Source: an uncultured Clostridia bacterium (lineage in GTDB: Bacteria > Bacillota > Clostridia > Christensenellales > CAG-917). From it: 64,000 nt of DNA. A program made the translations under genes and the position numbers. Below are positions 9,578 through 18,464 of the stretch, one piece after another. Every line of letters begins with the position of its first letter. The first letter of the stretch is position 1. A model generated the notes under the pieces. That model searched no databases, was not told the DNA's origin, and worked only from the letters and a program-made list of their open reading frames with translations. Location of the stretch: contig CANQNQ010000002.1 of NCBI GenBank assembly GCA_947625225.1, forward strand, positions 37,397 to 101,396, in the 5' to 3' direction.

Positions 9578-10049
9578 AACCGCACCAGACAGCGAATAAC
9601 TGCGTCAGGGGCAACGCTCCGACGACCGTGTACAAAAAGTACACTAGGTCGCCGATTCGTTGCCCCTTTCTTGTTCTTCATCTGCCCGGAGCGGTTTTAT
9701 GCAAACCAACAAAATTACATTGGGCGGCTAGGCAAACCTCGCGCTATACATCTAAATCACACAGTTTTTATATATAAATCAGGGGTCCCCAAGCAAATGA
9801 GCTTGCGAATTTGTTGGGGTAAATCTGGGGTCCCCGCGAAAACACCTTGTGTTTTTGTGGGGTATAGGAGCGAATAACTGTGTCAACGTCCGTTTTCTTC
9901 ACGTCATGTACAGCAAGTACATTAGGCGTTTGAGAACGGACGTTTCCTTGTTCTTCATCTGCCTGGAGCGGTTTTATGTTAATCAACAATTACATTAGTC
10001 GGCTTGGCAAGCCCTTCTTTCGCGCTATGCATCTAAATCACGCAGTTTT
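9576..10049. repeat. Composite structured intergenic repeat, locus A (two ~190-bp hairpin units around two GGGGTCCCC hairpins)
   Basis: Units at 9576-9769 and 9869-10049 share AGCGAATAACTG(C/T)GTCA...TGTACA(AA/GC)AAGTACA...CTTGTTCTTCATCTGCC; hairpins at 9782-9823 and 9827-9866; homologous to 43071-43578. Confidence 0.9.
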
Positions 10050-10110
10050 AAGTTATAGGGATTTTAAGTGTCTTTTTTATGCCTAAAACTCAATACAGGT
10101 GGCAAAAATA

Positions 10111-10908
10111 TCATAAATAGTGCAGCCAATCTATATCTTTTTCTTCCGTGGCGGGCAGGTGCGCGCGCATAAAGGCCAGTGTGTAGGTCACGGTAAGTTC
10201 GCGTTGGAGCTGTTTGTCCTCTTCCGATATCCCGTCGCCGTCGCCGTTGAACATGCCAAGTATGCCGTCCGCGTCCATTGTGCTGAAGCTCATGTGGGCG
10301 CCGGGGGTTATCATGTGGTGCTCCAGCATATCCTCGTCCAGGCGGGAGAGTGCGGACGCTTTCATTTCGTCCGTCAGCACGTGGTCGCCTGCCGCTTCCA
10401 GCAGCAGAGTGGGCATATTCAGCCCGTGGATATTGTCCTCGAGGTAGCAAAGCGGGGAGTACAGAATGGCGCCAAGCGCCTTGTCGGGGTTTTCCTGTAT
10501 CCTCTTGACCGCGGCACCGCCTCCCTGCGAGTGGCCGCCTATAAAGAACTGCGTGCCCTCAAAGTCGTAGAACGCGTATTCTGTTTCTTTGTAGTCCATA
10601 TACGTCATGTACAGATCCGCCAGCGGGAACACCATGAGATAGCCCTGCGCGGCAAGCGGCATGGCGAGATATTCGTAAAGTGAGGGGGCGATAGCGGTGC
10701 CCACGTAGAAGATCATGCCGTACTTGCAATTTACGCCCTTGGGCTTGTAGGCGACGTAGTCCTCGGTCTCGACAATTTCCACTTCAAAGTCGTTGTCGAC
10801 GCTGTAGTCAACGCTTTTGGAGCTGTTGCAGGCAAAAAGCGCAAGCGAACATGCGGCAAGCATGGCAATCGCAACGATGATCAGCGCGGTTTTCTTGATT
10901 TTTTGCAT
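10111..10908 (-). CDS. Alpha/beta-hydrolase lipoprotein (Abhydrolase_5-like)
   Basis: Lipobox 'LFAC'; nucleophile elbow 'GGHSQGG'; 'GDHVL' Asp and 'GAHMSF' His; GGAGG RBS before the ATG at 10908. Confidence 0.85.
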   Translation of the reverse strand: MQKIKKTALIIVAIAMLAACSLALFACNSSKSVDYSVDNDFEVEIVETEDYVAYKPKGVNCKYGMIFYVGTAIAPSLYEYLAMPLAAQGYLMVFPLADLYMTYMDYKETEYAFYDFEGTQFFIGGHSQGGGAAVKRIQENPDKALGAILYSPLCYLEDNIHGLNMPTLLLEAAGDHVLTDEMKASALSRLDEDMLEHHMITPGAHMSFSTMDADGILGMFNGDGDGISEEDKQLQRELTVTYTLAFMRAHLPATEEKDIDWLHYL

Positions 10909-11066
10909 ATGTATGTCCTCCTCTTTTTCACAGTATAACATGTGCGGTGGGATATTGCCATACCCAATTTGTACAATTTGTATGATGCCCTGTAAAATTT
11001 GTATATAATAATGACAAATTTGCCGCTGTCTATGGCAAAATTCAAAAAAGATGTTATAATCAAAAT

Positions 11067-12503
11067 ATGAAAGACGCTACTCACGACAACTTTAAGGGCG
11101 GAACGCTGCAAAAAGCCATAATGGGGTACACTTCGGGTGCCGCTACGCCTTTTCATATGCCCGGGCACAAGCGCAACGCGACTTATGATCACCTTATGGG
11201 GGTCGAAAAGTTGGATTTGACCGAGATAGACGGCTTCGATGACCTCCATGCGCCAAAGGGGATACTCCTTGAGGCGCAAAAGAGGGCGAAAGAGGTGTTT
11301 TCCGTCCCCCATTGCCGATTTTTGGTGAATGGCAGTACCGTCGGCATACTTGCCGGCGTCAAGGCGACGACAAAACGCGGGGATAGGGCGCTTATAGCGC
11401 GCAACTGTCATCGCAGCGTATATAACGCGGTCGAGCTGTGCGGCTTGAGCGTAAATTACATAATGCCCCAATGCGCGAGCGGGTTTTACGGCTGTGTATC
11501 TCCCGACGAGGTGGAGCGCGCTCTGAGCGCGGACGGCGGTATAAAATTGGTGGTTTTGACGTCCCCCACCTACGAGGGCGTGATCTCCGACATACAAAGC
11601 ATTGCCGAGGTATGCCACCGCCACTATGCAGTACTTATGGTGGATGAGGCGCACGGCGCGCATCTGGGACTGTGCGGCGCATTTTGCAAGAGCGCGCGTC
11701 AGCTCGGCGCGGATATAGTGGTCAACAGCCTGCACAAGACTCTGCCCAGCCTCACGCAGACGGCGTTGTTGCACGTGACAAGCGACAGAGTGGATATAAG
11801 CAAAGTGGACGAGGCGCTCGCCGTGTTTGAGACCAGCTCCCCGTCCTATGTGCTGATGTGCAGCATTGACGGCGCGGTAAATTATATTGAGGAACACGGC
11901 AAGGAAGATCTGAAGCGTTGGCATGACGATGTGGTATCACTGCGCGGCAGGCTCGGGACGCTGTTTGAGGATAGCGAGATAAAGCTGTTTGAGGGCGAAG
12001 GCGCGTATGCGCTTGACGTCACAAAGTTGTGCCTGCTGTGCTCCGACGGCTACGCGCTGGCAAGGGAATTGAGGGCGCAAGGGATAGAGGTGGAGATGGC
12101 GGCCCCGTCGCATGTGCTTGCGCTGAGCGGAATGGGCGACACAGCGCAGACTTTTGACAGGCTTTATGAGGCGTTGAAAGTGGTAAAGACTCAATACAGG
12201 TACGCAAAATTGCCATATGGAGCGTCTTTTTACGGGGTGCCGGAGAGGGCGTGTGCCGCATATGAAGTTGACGCGCTTGAGCAGGAGCAGTTGCCTTTAA
12301 ACAGCTGCGACGGCAGGATCTCCGCCGAAAACGTGTGGGTGTATCCTCCCGGCTCGCCCGTCATCGTCAAGGGCGAAAGAGTGGACGGCGATACGCTGAG
12401 CAGGCTCGTCGCGCTTGACAAATGCGGCGCGGCGGTGCAAAGCTCCCGCGGGGATATGCCAAAGGCGCTGTACGTCCTGAGAGAATTGCGCGGGCACGCT
12501 TGA
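11067..12503 (+). CDS. Orn/Lys/Arg decarboxylase (PLP fold type I, YaaO-like)
   Basis: 'FHMPGHK', 'LVNGSTVGI', 'VDEAHGAH', 'SLHKTL' (PLP lysine), 'TSSPSY' and 'YPPG'. Confidence 0.9.
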   Translation: MKDATHDNFKGGTLQKAIMGYTSGAATPFHMPGHKRNATYDHLMGVEKLDLTEIDGFDDLHAPKGILLEAQKRAKEVFSVPHCRFLVNGSTVGILAGVKATTKRGDRALIARNCHRSVYNAVELCGLSVNYIMPQCASGFYGCVSPDEVERALSADGGIKLVVLTSPTYEGVISDIQSIAEVCHRHYAVLMVDEAHGAHLGLCGAFCKSARQLGADIVVNSLHKTLPSLTQTALLHVTSDRVDISKVDEALAVFETSSPSYVLMCSIDGAVNYIEEHGKEDLKRWHDDVVSLRGRLGTLFEDSEIKLFEGEGAYALDVTKLCLLCSDGYALARELRAQGIEVEMAAPSHVLALSGMGDTAQTFDRLYEALKVVKTQYRYAKLPYGASFYGVPERACAAYEVDALEQEQLPLNSCDGRISAENVWVYPPGSPVIVKGERVDGDTLSRLVALDKCGAAVQSSRGDMPKALYVLRELRGHA

Positions 12504-12528
12504 CAATGCGCGCATATTGGAATATAAT
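12500..12528 (+). promoter_or_regulatory. Consensus sigma-A promoter of scfAB
   Basis: TTGACA-17 bp-TATAAT. Confidence 0.75.
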
Positions 12529-12560
12529 GTGTACATCAGCAGACAAAAAAGGAGATTGAT

Positions 12561-12707
12561 ATGAAGAGAATCGTTACCCTCAAGACTCGCGACCTCGACG
12601 CGAGCAGGAACAACGGCGGTTGCGGCGAGTGCCAAACCTCCTGCCAATCCGCGTGCAAGACGTCCTGCGGCGTTGCCAATCAGAAGTGCGAGAAGCAGGC
12701 AAAATAA
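12561..12707 (+). CDS. scfA: SCIFF six-cysteine ranthipeptide precursor (48 aa; not in the ORF track)
   Basis: AAGGAG RBS; translation MKRIVTLKTRDLDASRNNGGCGECQTSCQSACKTSCGVANQKCEKQAK. Confidence 0.97.
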   Translation: MKRIVTLKTRDLDASRNNGGCGECQTSCQSACKTSCGVANQKCEKQAK

Positions 12708-12766
12708 TAATTTTGCGACAGAGCAAGCGCCTAGCTTTATGCTAGGCATTTTTTTAAACAAAGAAA

Positions 12767-14146
12767 ATGACGCATTTATACAAACTGAACGGATACAACA
12801 TAGTTCTTGACACCGCAAGCGGCAGCGTGCATAGCGTGGACGACGTTGCGTATGACGCGATAAGCATGTACAACGACTGCTCAAAGCAACAGATAGCGGA
12901 ATTTATCACTTCCAAATATCCCGATGTAAGCGAAGCGGACGTCGAGGATGTGCTTGCGGACGTCGCCGAGCTGAAGGCGGATGGCAAGCTGTTTTCGGAG
13001 GACAAATATAAGCCGAACGTTGACGCGCTTGCCAAACGCGATCCCGTCATAAAGGCGCTGTGCCTGCATGTGGCGCACACCTGCAACCTCGATTGCGCGT
13101 ACTGCTTTGCCGCGCAGGGCAAGTACCACGGCCAAAGGGTGCTGATGAGCTACGAGGTGGGCAAGCGCGCACTGGATTTTCTGGTGGAAAACAGCGGCAC
13201 AAGGCACAACCTCGAGGTGGACTTTTTCGGCGGCGAACCGCTGATGAACTTCGACGTGGTCAAGCGCCTTGTCGCATACGCCCGCTCCATTGAGGGGGAG
13301 CGCGGCAAGCGTTTCAGGTTTACACTGACCACCAACGGCATGCTGCTTGACGACGACGTGATAGACTTTGCCAACCGCGAGATGGACAACGTGGTGCTGT
13401 CCCTCGACGGGCGCAAGGAGGTCAACGACCGCTTTCGCAAGACTGTGGGCGGCGTGGGCAGCTATGATATAATAGTCCCCAAATTCCAAAAATTCGTGAA
13501 AGCTAGAGGTGACAAGAGCTACTACATGCGCGGCACCTTCACTCACAACAACGTCGATTTTACCAACGACATTCAAACTATGTTGGATCTGGGCTTCGAC
13601 CAGCTCAGCATGGAGCCCGTGGTCTGCCCGCCGTCCGACCCCTACGCGCTGACGGAGGAGGATAAGCCCGAGCTGTTCAGGCAATACGAGCGTCTCGCGC
13701 AAATGATGATAGAGCGCAAAACGCAGGGCAAGCCATTCACCTTTTATCACTACATGCTTGATCTGGAAGCAGGCCCCTGCATCTACAAGCGCATATCCGG
13801 TTGTGGCAGCGGCACGGAATATCTAGCCGTAACTCCCACGGGCGAGCTGTATCCCTGCCATCAATTTGTTGGCAACAAGGACTACCTGATGGGCGACATA
13901 TACGAAGGCATAAAGCGCGCGGACATCCGCGACAAATTCAAACGTTGCAACGCCTATTCCCGCAAGGAGTGCGAGGATTGCTGGGCAAGGCTGTACTGTT
14001 CGGGCGGCTGCGCGGCAAACGCCTACAACGCTACGGGGGACATCAACGGCGTATACGGCTACGGCTGTGACCTGTTCAGAAAGCGCATAGAGTGCGCCAT
14101 AATGCTCAAAGTGGACGAGTACGCAAAGAGCGGACAAAAAGAGTAA
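12767..14146 (+). CDS. scfB: Thioether cross-link-forming SCIFF radical SAM/SPASM maturase
   Basis: 'KALCLHVAHTCNLDCAYCFA', 'LEVDFFGGEP', SPASM cysteines 'CGSG...YPCHQF...CEDCWARLYCSGGC'; follows scfA. Confidence 0.97.
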   Translation: MTHLYKLNGYNIVLDTASGSVHSVDDVAYDAISMYNDCSKQQIAEFITSKYPDVSEADVEDVLADVAELKADGKLFSEDKYKPNVDALAKRDPVIKALCLHVAHTCNLDCAYCFAAQGKYHGQRVLMSYEVGKRALDFLVENSGTRHNLEVDFFGGEPLMNFDVVKRLVAYARSIEGERGKRFRFTLTTNGMLLDDDVIDFANREMDNVVLSLDGRKEVNDRFRKTVGGVGSYDIIVPKFQKFVKARGDKSYYMRGTFTHNNVDFTNDIQTMLDLGFDQLSMEPVVCPPSDPYALTEEDKPELFRQYERLAQMMIERKTQGKPFTFYHYMLDLEAGPCIYKRISGCGSGTEYLAVTPTGELYPCHQFVGNKDYLMGDIYEGIKRADIRDKFKRCNAYSRKECEDCWARLYCSGGCAANAYNATGDINGVYGYGCDLFRKRIECAIMLKVDEYAKSGQKE

Positions 14147-14165
14147 AACAGACAAAAATATATAG

Positions 14166-14215
14166 AAAAACTCAATACAGGTTGCAATTTTGCAAATCTG
14201 TATTGAGTTTTTTTT
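14166..14215. terminator. Bidirectional terminator formed by an inverted pair of the array motif
   Basis: AAAAACTCAATACAGGTTGC-aattttgc-AAATCTGTATTGAGTTTTT between the convergent scfB and DUF975 genes. Confidence 0.7.
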
Positions 14216-14233
14216 GTTGGGAAAAATTGCTTG

Positions 14234-15028
14234 TTAGTCCTCTGTTTGTACGGGCGGCTGAGAGTTTAGCTGTTCAATCGCAAGATATTGTTTTGCCAGC
14301 GCGATATTATAGTACGGGACGACATAGAGAACAAAGAAGCCCAGTACGATTGTCAGCAGCCACCAACCGATAAAGCTCAATTTCAAAGCCAATATCTTGC
14401 CGAAATTTTTGTTTACCAATTCAAATCCGTATCTTATGGCATCTGTCGGGCGGACGTTTTGGTCGCGGTTGAGTTTGAAAAATGCGTAGTCGCTGACGCT
14501 GTTTACCCAAGCCATGAAGAAAAGTAGGCCTATCCCGTAAAATGCCAAGAGTATAAACAATATCGGCATAAAGATGGATACTGCCAGCAATATGATCAAC
14601 AACACCACCGGCAACAACTTTATGAGAGACATCAGTATGTAAATGGCAAAGGCGGGCATTATGTTGTTGAAGCCGCGATAGGTGGATTTTGTGCCTTCGC
14701 ATTTGTTGCTTGCCACGTCCAGCCAAAAACCCGCATAACTGCTGCTTATTGCGCCGCCCACAAATATCGGGCCGAATATTGTGCCTAAAAGAAGCGAACC
14801 GAATTGTATAAGACCAAGCAAAATTTGTGTGAGTACGCTGTAGCCGAAATTCTTTTTGAGCGCCAAGCGCGCTTGTGTCGTCAGCTGTCTGCTTGGGGGC
14901 ATAGCGTCGTAACCAACGCTGAGTTCGCCTCCGCATACAGGGCAAAAGCTTACGCCGCCTGCATTGTTTCTGAAAACTACGCGGTCGATCTGTGCGCCGC
15001 ATTTTGGACAGTACATAATTACCTCCAT
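14234..15028 (-). CDS. DUF975-family membrane protein with N-terminal double zinc ribbon
   Basis: 'YCPKCG...FCPVCG'; 'LKLSFIGWWLL...YVVPYYNIA' DUF975 C-terminal motif; multiple TM helices. Confidence 0.75.
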   Translation of the reverse strand: MEVIMYCPKCGAQIDRVVFRNNAGGVSFCPVCGGELSVGYDAMPPSRQLTTQARLALKKNFGYSVLTQILLGLIQFGSLLLGTIFGPIFVGGAISSSYAGFWLDVASNKCEGTKSTYRGFNNIMPAFAIYILMSLIKLLPVVLLIILLAVSIFMPILFILLAFYGIGLLFFMAWVNSVSDYAFFKLNRDQNVRPTDAIRYGFELVNKNFGKILALKLSFIGWWLLTIVLGFFVLYVVPYYNIALAKQYLAIEQLNSQPPVQTED

Positions 15029-15047
15029 AGTATAAATTGTTGTAACT

Positions 15048-15088
15048 ATTATATCCTACAAAATGTAGGAAGTCAACAAAATGTAGGA
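15048..15088. promoter_or_regulatory. Minus-strand sigma-A promoter with palindromic operator and a second half-degenerate operator
   Basis: Minus-strand TTGACT (15071-15076)-17 bp-TATAAT (15048-15053); the spacer is the perfect palindrome TCCTACA-AAA-TGTAGGA; second copy TCAACAAAATGTAGGA at 15073-15088. Confidence 0.75.
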
Positions 15089-15110
15089 AAATTCAGTTAA
15101 TATATGTGCT

Positions 15111-15320
15111 ATGCAGGACAATGTGTTTGGCAAAAGGTTAAAATATCTCAGGCAGGAGCAGGGCGTCTCTCAAAAGGAGCTGGGCGCAAGGCTGGGGTAT
15201 TGCAATCAGACCGTCAGCTTTTGGGAGTCGGGACAGCGCGAGCCGGATCTGGACGCTATAAAAAAGATAGCGGTATATTTTGACGTTACTGCCGATTTCC
15301 TGTTGGGGCTGTCGGATTGA
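15111..15320 (+). CDS. XRE/Cro-CI family HTH regulator
   Basis: 'FGKRLKYLRQEQGVSQKELG...TVSFWESGQREPD...YFDVTADFLLG'. Confidence 0.92.
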   Translation: MQDNVFGKRLKYLRQEQGVSQKELGARLGYCNQTVSFWESGQREPDLDAIKKIAVYFDVTADFLLGLSD

Positions 15321-15397
15321 TGGAGTAAAACGTTTTTATTTACAAAAAAAACTCAATACAGGTTGCAATTTTGCAATATGTATGCAAAAATGTTGAT

Positions 15398-15880
15398 ATG
15401 GGTAAGGATAGGATAGACAAGACAAACGCCATGCGCATACTTGACAGCGCGGGCGCAAAATACGAGGTGTTCAGCCTTGGCATATCGGAGGCGGTCAGCG
15501 GCGCGGAAGCGGCGCGCATTTTGGGTGTAGACGAGGCGCAGGTGTTCAAGACTCTGGTCACCGTCGGCAAAAGCCTCGAACACTACGTGTTTGTTATCCC
15601 GGTCGCCAAGGAGTTGGACCTCAAGTCGGCGGCGCAGGCGGTCGGCGAAAAGAATGTGGAGATGCTCAAGTCCAAGGATCTTTTTCCGCTCACGGGCTAC
15701 GTGCACGGAGGTTGTTCGCCGCTGGGAATGAAAAAGTCATTTGTGACCGTCATAGACGATTCCGCGCTGAGGGTGGACAAGCTGTATTTCAGCGCGGGCA
15801 AGATAGGCGTGCAGATATGCTCCACCTTGGAGCAGCTGCGTCGCGCGCTCAAATTTACCGTCTCGCCCGTCACCAGGTGA
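15398..15880 (+). CDS. ybaK: Cys-tRNA(Pro) deacylase
   Basis: 'KTNAMRILD', 'QVFKTLV' and 'LTGYVHGGCSPLGMKK'. Confidence 0.93.
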   Translation: MGKDRIDKTNAMRILDSAGAKYEVFSLGISEAVSGAEAARILGVDEAQVFKTLVTVGKSLEHYVFVIPVAKELDLKSAAQAVGEKNVEMLKSKDLFPLTGYVHGGCSPLGMKKSFVTVIDDSALRVDKLYFSAGKIGVQICSTLEQLRRALKFTVSPVTR

Positions 15881-16011
15881 GAATTTTTGGGATTTATAGG
15901 CAATTTTTATCGATTTGGCCTCAATTTTACGCTTAAATATTGACAAAACCCGTCAAAATGGGTATATTTTTATCGATATCAACATATCGCATCACCATTT
16001 TGGAGTGGAAT

Positions 16012-16656
16012 ATGGAAGTTTCAAAGGCGACCCTCAACAGATTGCCCGCGTACCTCAGATTTTTGTATGAGCTGGACAGGCAGGGCGTGACGCGCGTTTC
16101 AAGCACCACCATCGCGGGAGGTCTGGACCTCAACCCCGTGCAGGTGCGCAAGGACATTGCGGTGGTGTCCACCGTGGCGGGCAAGCCAAAGACGGGATAT
16201 ATAACAAAGGAGCTAATCGCCGACCTCGAAAACTTTTTGGGCTATCACAACACGCGCGACGCCATATTGGTGGGCGCGGGCGGTCTCGGACATGCAATAC
16301 TCGGTTATGACGGCTTTGCAAAGTATGGGCTGAACGTGGTGGCGGCTTTCGACATAGACGGCGGCGTAGTGGGCACGTCCATCAACGGCAAGCCCGTCTA
16401 CGATATGTCCCGTCTGCCCGAGATAGTCGGGCGCTTCAACATACAGCTTGGCATCATCACGGTGCCGTCGCAGGCAGCGCAGGAGGTGGCGGACAGGATG
16501 GTCGCCGCGGGCATAAAAGCGATATGGAACTTCGCCGCAAAGCACCTCAACGTACCCGCCAATATAGCGATGAAACATGAGGACCTCGCCGCGTCGTTGG
16601 CGCTTTTGCGCATGCAATTGGTCAGCATGGACGACGCGAACAATCAACCGCAATAA
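16012..16656 (+). CDS. rex: Redox-sensing transcriptional repressor Rex
   Basis: 'ATLNRLPAYLR', 'QVRKD', Rossmann 'LVGAGGLGHA' and 'GIKAIWNFA'; GGAG RBS. Confidence 0.92.
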   Translation: MEVSKATLNRLPAYLRFLYELDRQGVTRVSSTTIAGGLDLNPVQVRKDIAVVSTVAGKPKTGYITKELIADLENFLGYHNTRDAILVGAGGLGHAILGYDGFAKYGLNVVAAFDIDGGVVGTSINGKPVYDMSRLPEIVGRFNIQLGIITVPSQAAQEVADRMVAAGIKAIWNFAAKHLNVPANIAMKHEDLAASLALLRMQLVSMDDANNQPQ

Positions 16657-16689
16657 CCGCGAATTTTGCAATACAGGTATGTATTTTAT

Positions 16690-16722
16690 AAAAAAAAAGC
16701 GACGCCATGCGTCGCTTTTTTT
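16690..16722. terminator. Bidirectional terminator between rex and glyQS
   Basis: A9-GCGACGC-cat-GCGTCGC-T7. Confidence 0.85.
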
Positions 16723-16740
16723 GTGCATTTACAGTTTATA

Positions 16741-18126
16741 TCAATATTCAAACTGCTCGGCAAGATAGCCGTCAAGCTCCTCAATGGGCAGACGCACCTG
16801 AGCCATGGTGTCGCGCTCGCGCACGGTCACGCAGCCGTCCTCAAGCGTATCAAAGTCCACCGTCACGCAGAAGGGAGTGCCTATCTCGTCCTGGCGGCGG
16901 TAGCGCTTGCCGATGGAACCGCTGCCGTCGAAGTCGCACGCATAGCGCTTGGAGAGCGCAGCGTATATTTCCTCCGCCTTTTCGTTAAGCTGCTTTTGCA
17001 GGGGCAGCACCGCCACTTTTACGGGAGCGATGGCGTGATGCAGATGCAGCACAACGCGGGTGTCGTTTTCGCCGACTTGCTCCTCGTCATAGGCGTCGCA
17101 GAGGAAGGCGAGGAACACTCTGTCCGCGCCGAGGGACGGCTCGATGACGTAGGGAACAAACTTCTCGTTGGTGACGGGATCGATGTAGCTGAGGTCCTTG
17201 CCGCTGGTCTTGATGTGTTGATTGAGGTCGTAGTCCGTGCGGTCCGCGACGCCCCACAGCTCGCCCCAGCCGAAGGGGAATTTGTACTCGAAATCGGTGG
17301 TCGCCTTGGAGTAGAAGCACAGCTCCTCCTTGTCGTGGTCGCGCAGTTTGAGGTTTTCGTCCTTCATGCCCAGCTCAAGCAGCCACTTGTGGCAGAAGTC
17401 CTTCCAATAGGCAAACCACTCCAGGTCGGTGCCCGGACGGCAGAAAAATTCAAGCTCCATTTGCTCAAACTCGCGTATGCGGAAAATGAAGTTGCCGGGG
17501 GTGATCTCGTTGCGGAAGCTCTTGCCTATCTGACCTATGCCGAATGGCAGCTTCTTGCGGGTGGTGCGCTGCACGTTTTTGAAGTTGACAAATATGCCTT
17601 GCGCGGTCTCGGGGCGCAGGTAGACGGTGGAGGTGCTGTCCTCTGTCACGCCTATGAAGGTCTTGAACATCAGGTTGAACTTTCTGACTCCCGTGAAGTC
17701 GGATTTGCCGCAGACGGGGCAGGGGATGTTGTGCTCGTGCACGTAGGTCTCCATCTCCTCGTTGCTCCAGCCGGCGATGTTTTGCTCGATGCCGTGCTTT
17801 GCCATATAGTCCTCGATGAGGTCATCCGCGCGGTGGCGGGATTTGCAATTTTTGCAATCCATCAGCGGGTCGGAAAAGCCGCCTATGTGACCGGAAGCCT
17901 GCCAGGTGGTGGGGTTCATCAAAATGGCGCTGTCAAGCCCGACGTTGTAGGGGTTTTCCACCACAAACTTTTTCCACCAAGCCTGCTTGATGTTGTTTTT
18001 CATCTGCGCGCCGAGGGGGCCGTAGTCCCAGGAGTTGGAAAGTCCGCCGTATATCTCGCTGCCGGGATACACAAAGCCCCTGTTTTTTGCGAGGGCGACC
18101 AGCTTGTCCATAGTGAGTTGTGCCAT
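16741..18126 (-). CDS. glyQS: Glycine--tRNA ligase, homodimeric (alpha2) type
   Basis: 'EIYGG...WDYGPLG', '[11 protein letters not shown]', '[21 protein letters not shown]' and '[22 protein letters not shown]'; AAGGAG RBS. Confidence 0.98.
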   Translation of the reverse strand: MAQLTMDKLVALAKNRGFVYPGSEIYGGLSNSWDYGPLGAQMKNNIKQAWWKKFVVENPYNVGLDSAILMNPTTWQASGHIGGFSDPLMDCKNCKSRHRADDLIEDYMAKHGIEQNIAGWSNEEMETYVHEHNIPCPVCGKSDFTGVRKFNLMFKTFIGVTEDSTSTVYLRPETAQGIFVNFKNVQRTTRKKLPFGIGQIGKSFRNEITPGNFIFRIREFEQMELEFFCRPGTDLEWFAYWKDFCHKWLLELGMKDENLKLRDHDKEELCFYSKATTDFEYKFPFGWGELWGVADRTDYDLNQHIKTSGKDLSYIDPVTNEKFVPYVIEPSLGADRVFLAFLCDAYDEEQVGENDTRVVLHLHHAIAPVKVAVLPLQKQLNEKAEEIYAALSKRYACDFDGSGSIGKRYRRQDEIGTPFCVTVDFDTLEDGCVTVRERDTMAQVRLPIEELDGYLAEQFEY

Positions 18127-18464
18127 AATTTTTGCTCCTTTCCCTATATGGATAATAGGGGGATAAATTTTGTTAATAGAATGATAAAATAACCGCGCGC
18201 AAAAGTCAAACGATTGGCGACAAGTGATAAATTGTTGTATTTTGAGCGATGTAAAAAGAAGTGTAAACAAAAAAGTTGCTATTTTGTAAAAATGATTTAT
18301 AATGATTATGACAAACCTTTTAAGGACGCCCGCATGGGCGTGCCGATGGCAGGCACACAAGCGGAAAAACTCAATACAGGTTGCAATTTTGTCATATGTA
18401 TCGCAAAAATTGCGGTATAGGCATAAATTTTAAGACGGGCAATGCCCGCGCAGTGAGGAAAAGC

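Noticed and set aside
9576-10049. Possible CRISPR array in the repeat clusters (also 43071-43578, 44920-45298, 37186-37320)
   Set aside because: Units are 50-200 bp with self-complementary variable parts, not identical 25-40 bp repeats with unique spacers; no cas genes in the window
16666-18192. 508-aa + strand ORF antisense to glyQS
   Set aside because: Shadow ORF produced by G/C-ending codon bias of the real gene; no RBS and no recognisable motifs
18170-18310. Rex-operator-like AT-rich palindromes between glyQS and the DUF3737 gene
   Set aside because: Only loose matches to TTGTTAA-N4-TTAACAA in very AT-rich DNA; cannot be distinguished from background by eye
18127-18460. T-box leader expected upstream of glyQS
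   Set aside because: No GGTGGNACCGCG T-box sequence or leader terminator visible on the minus strand
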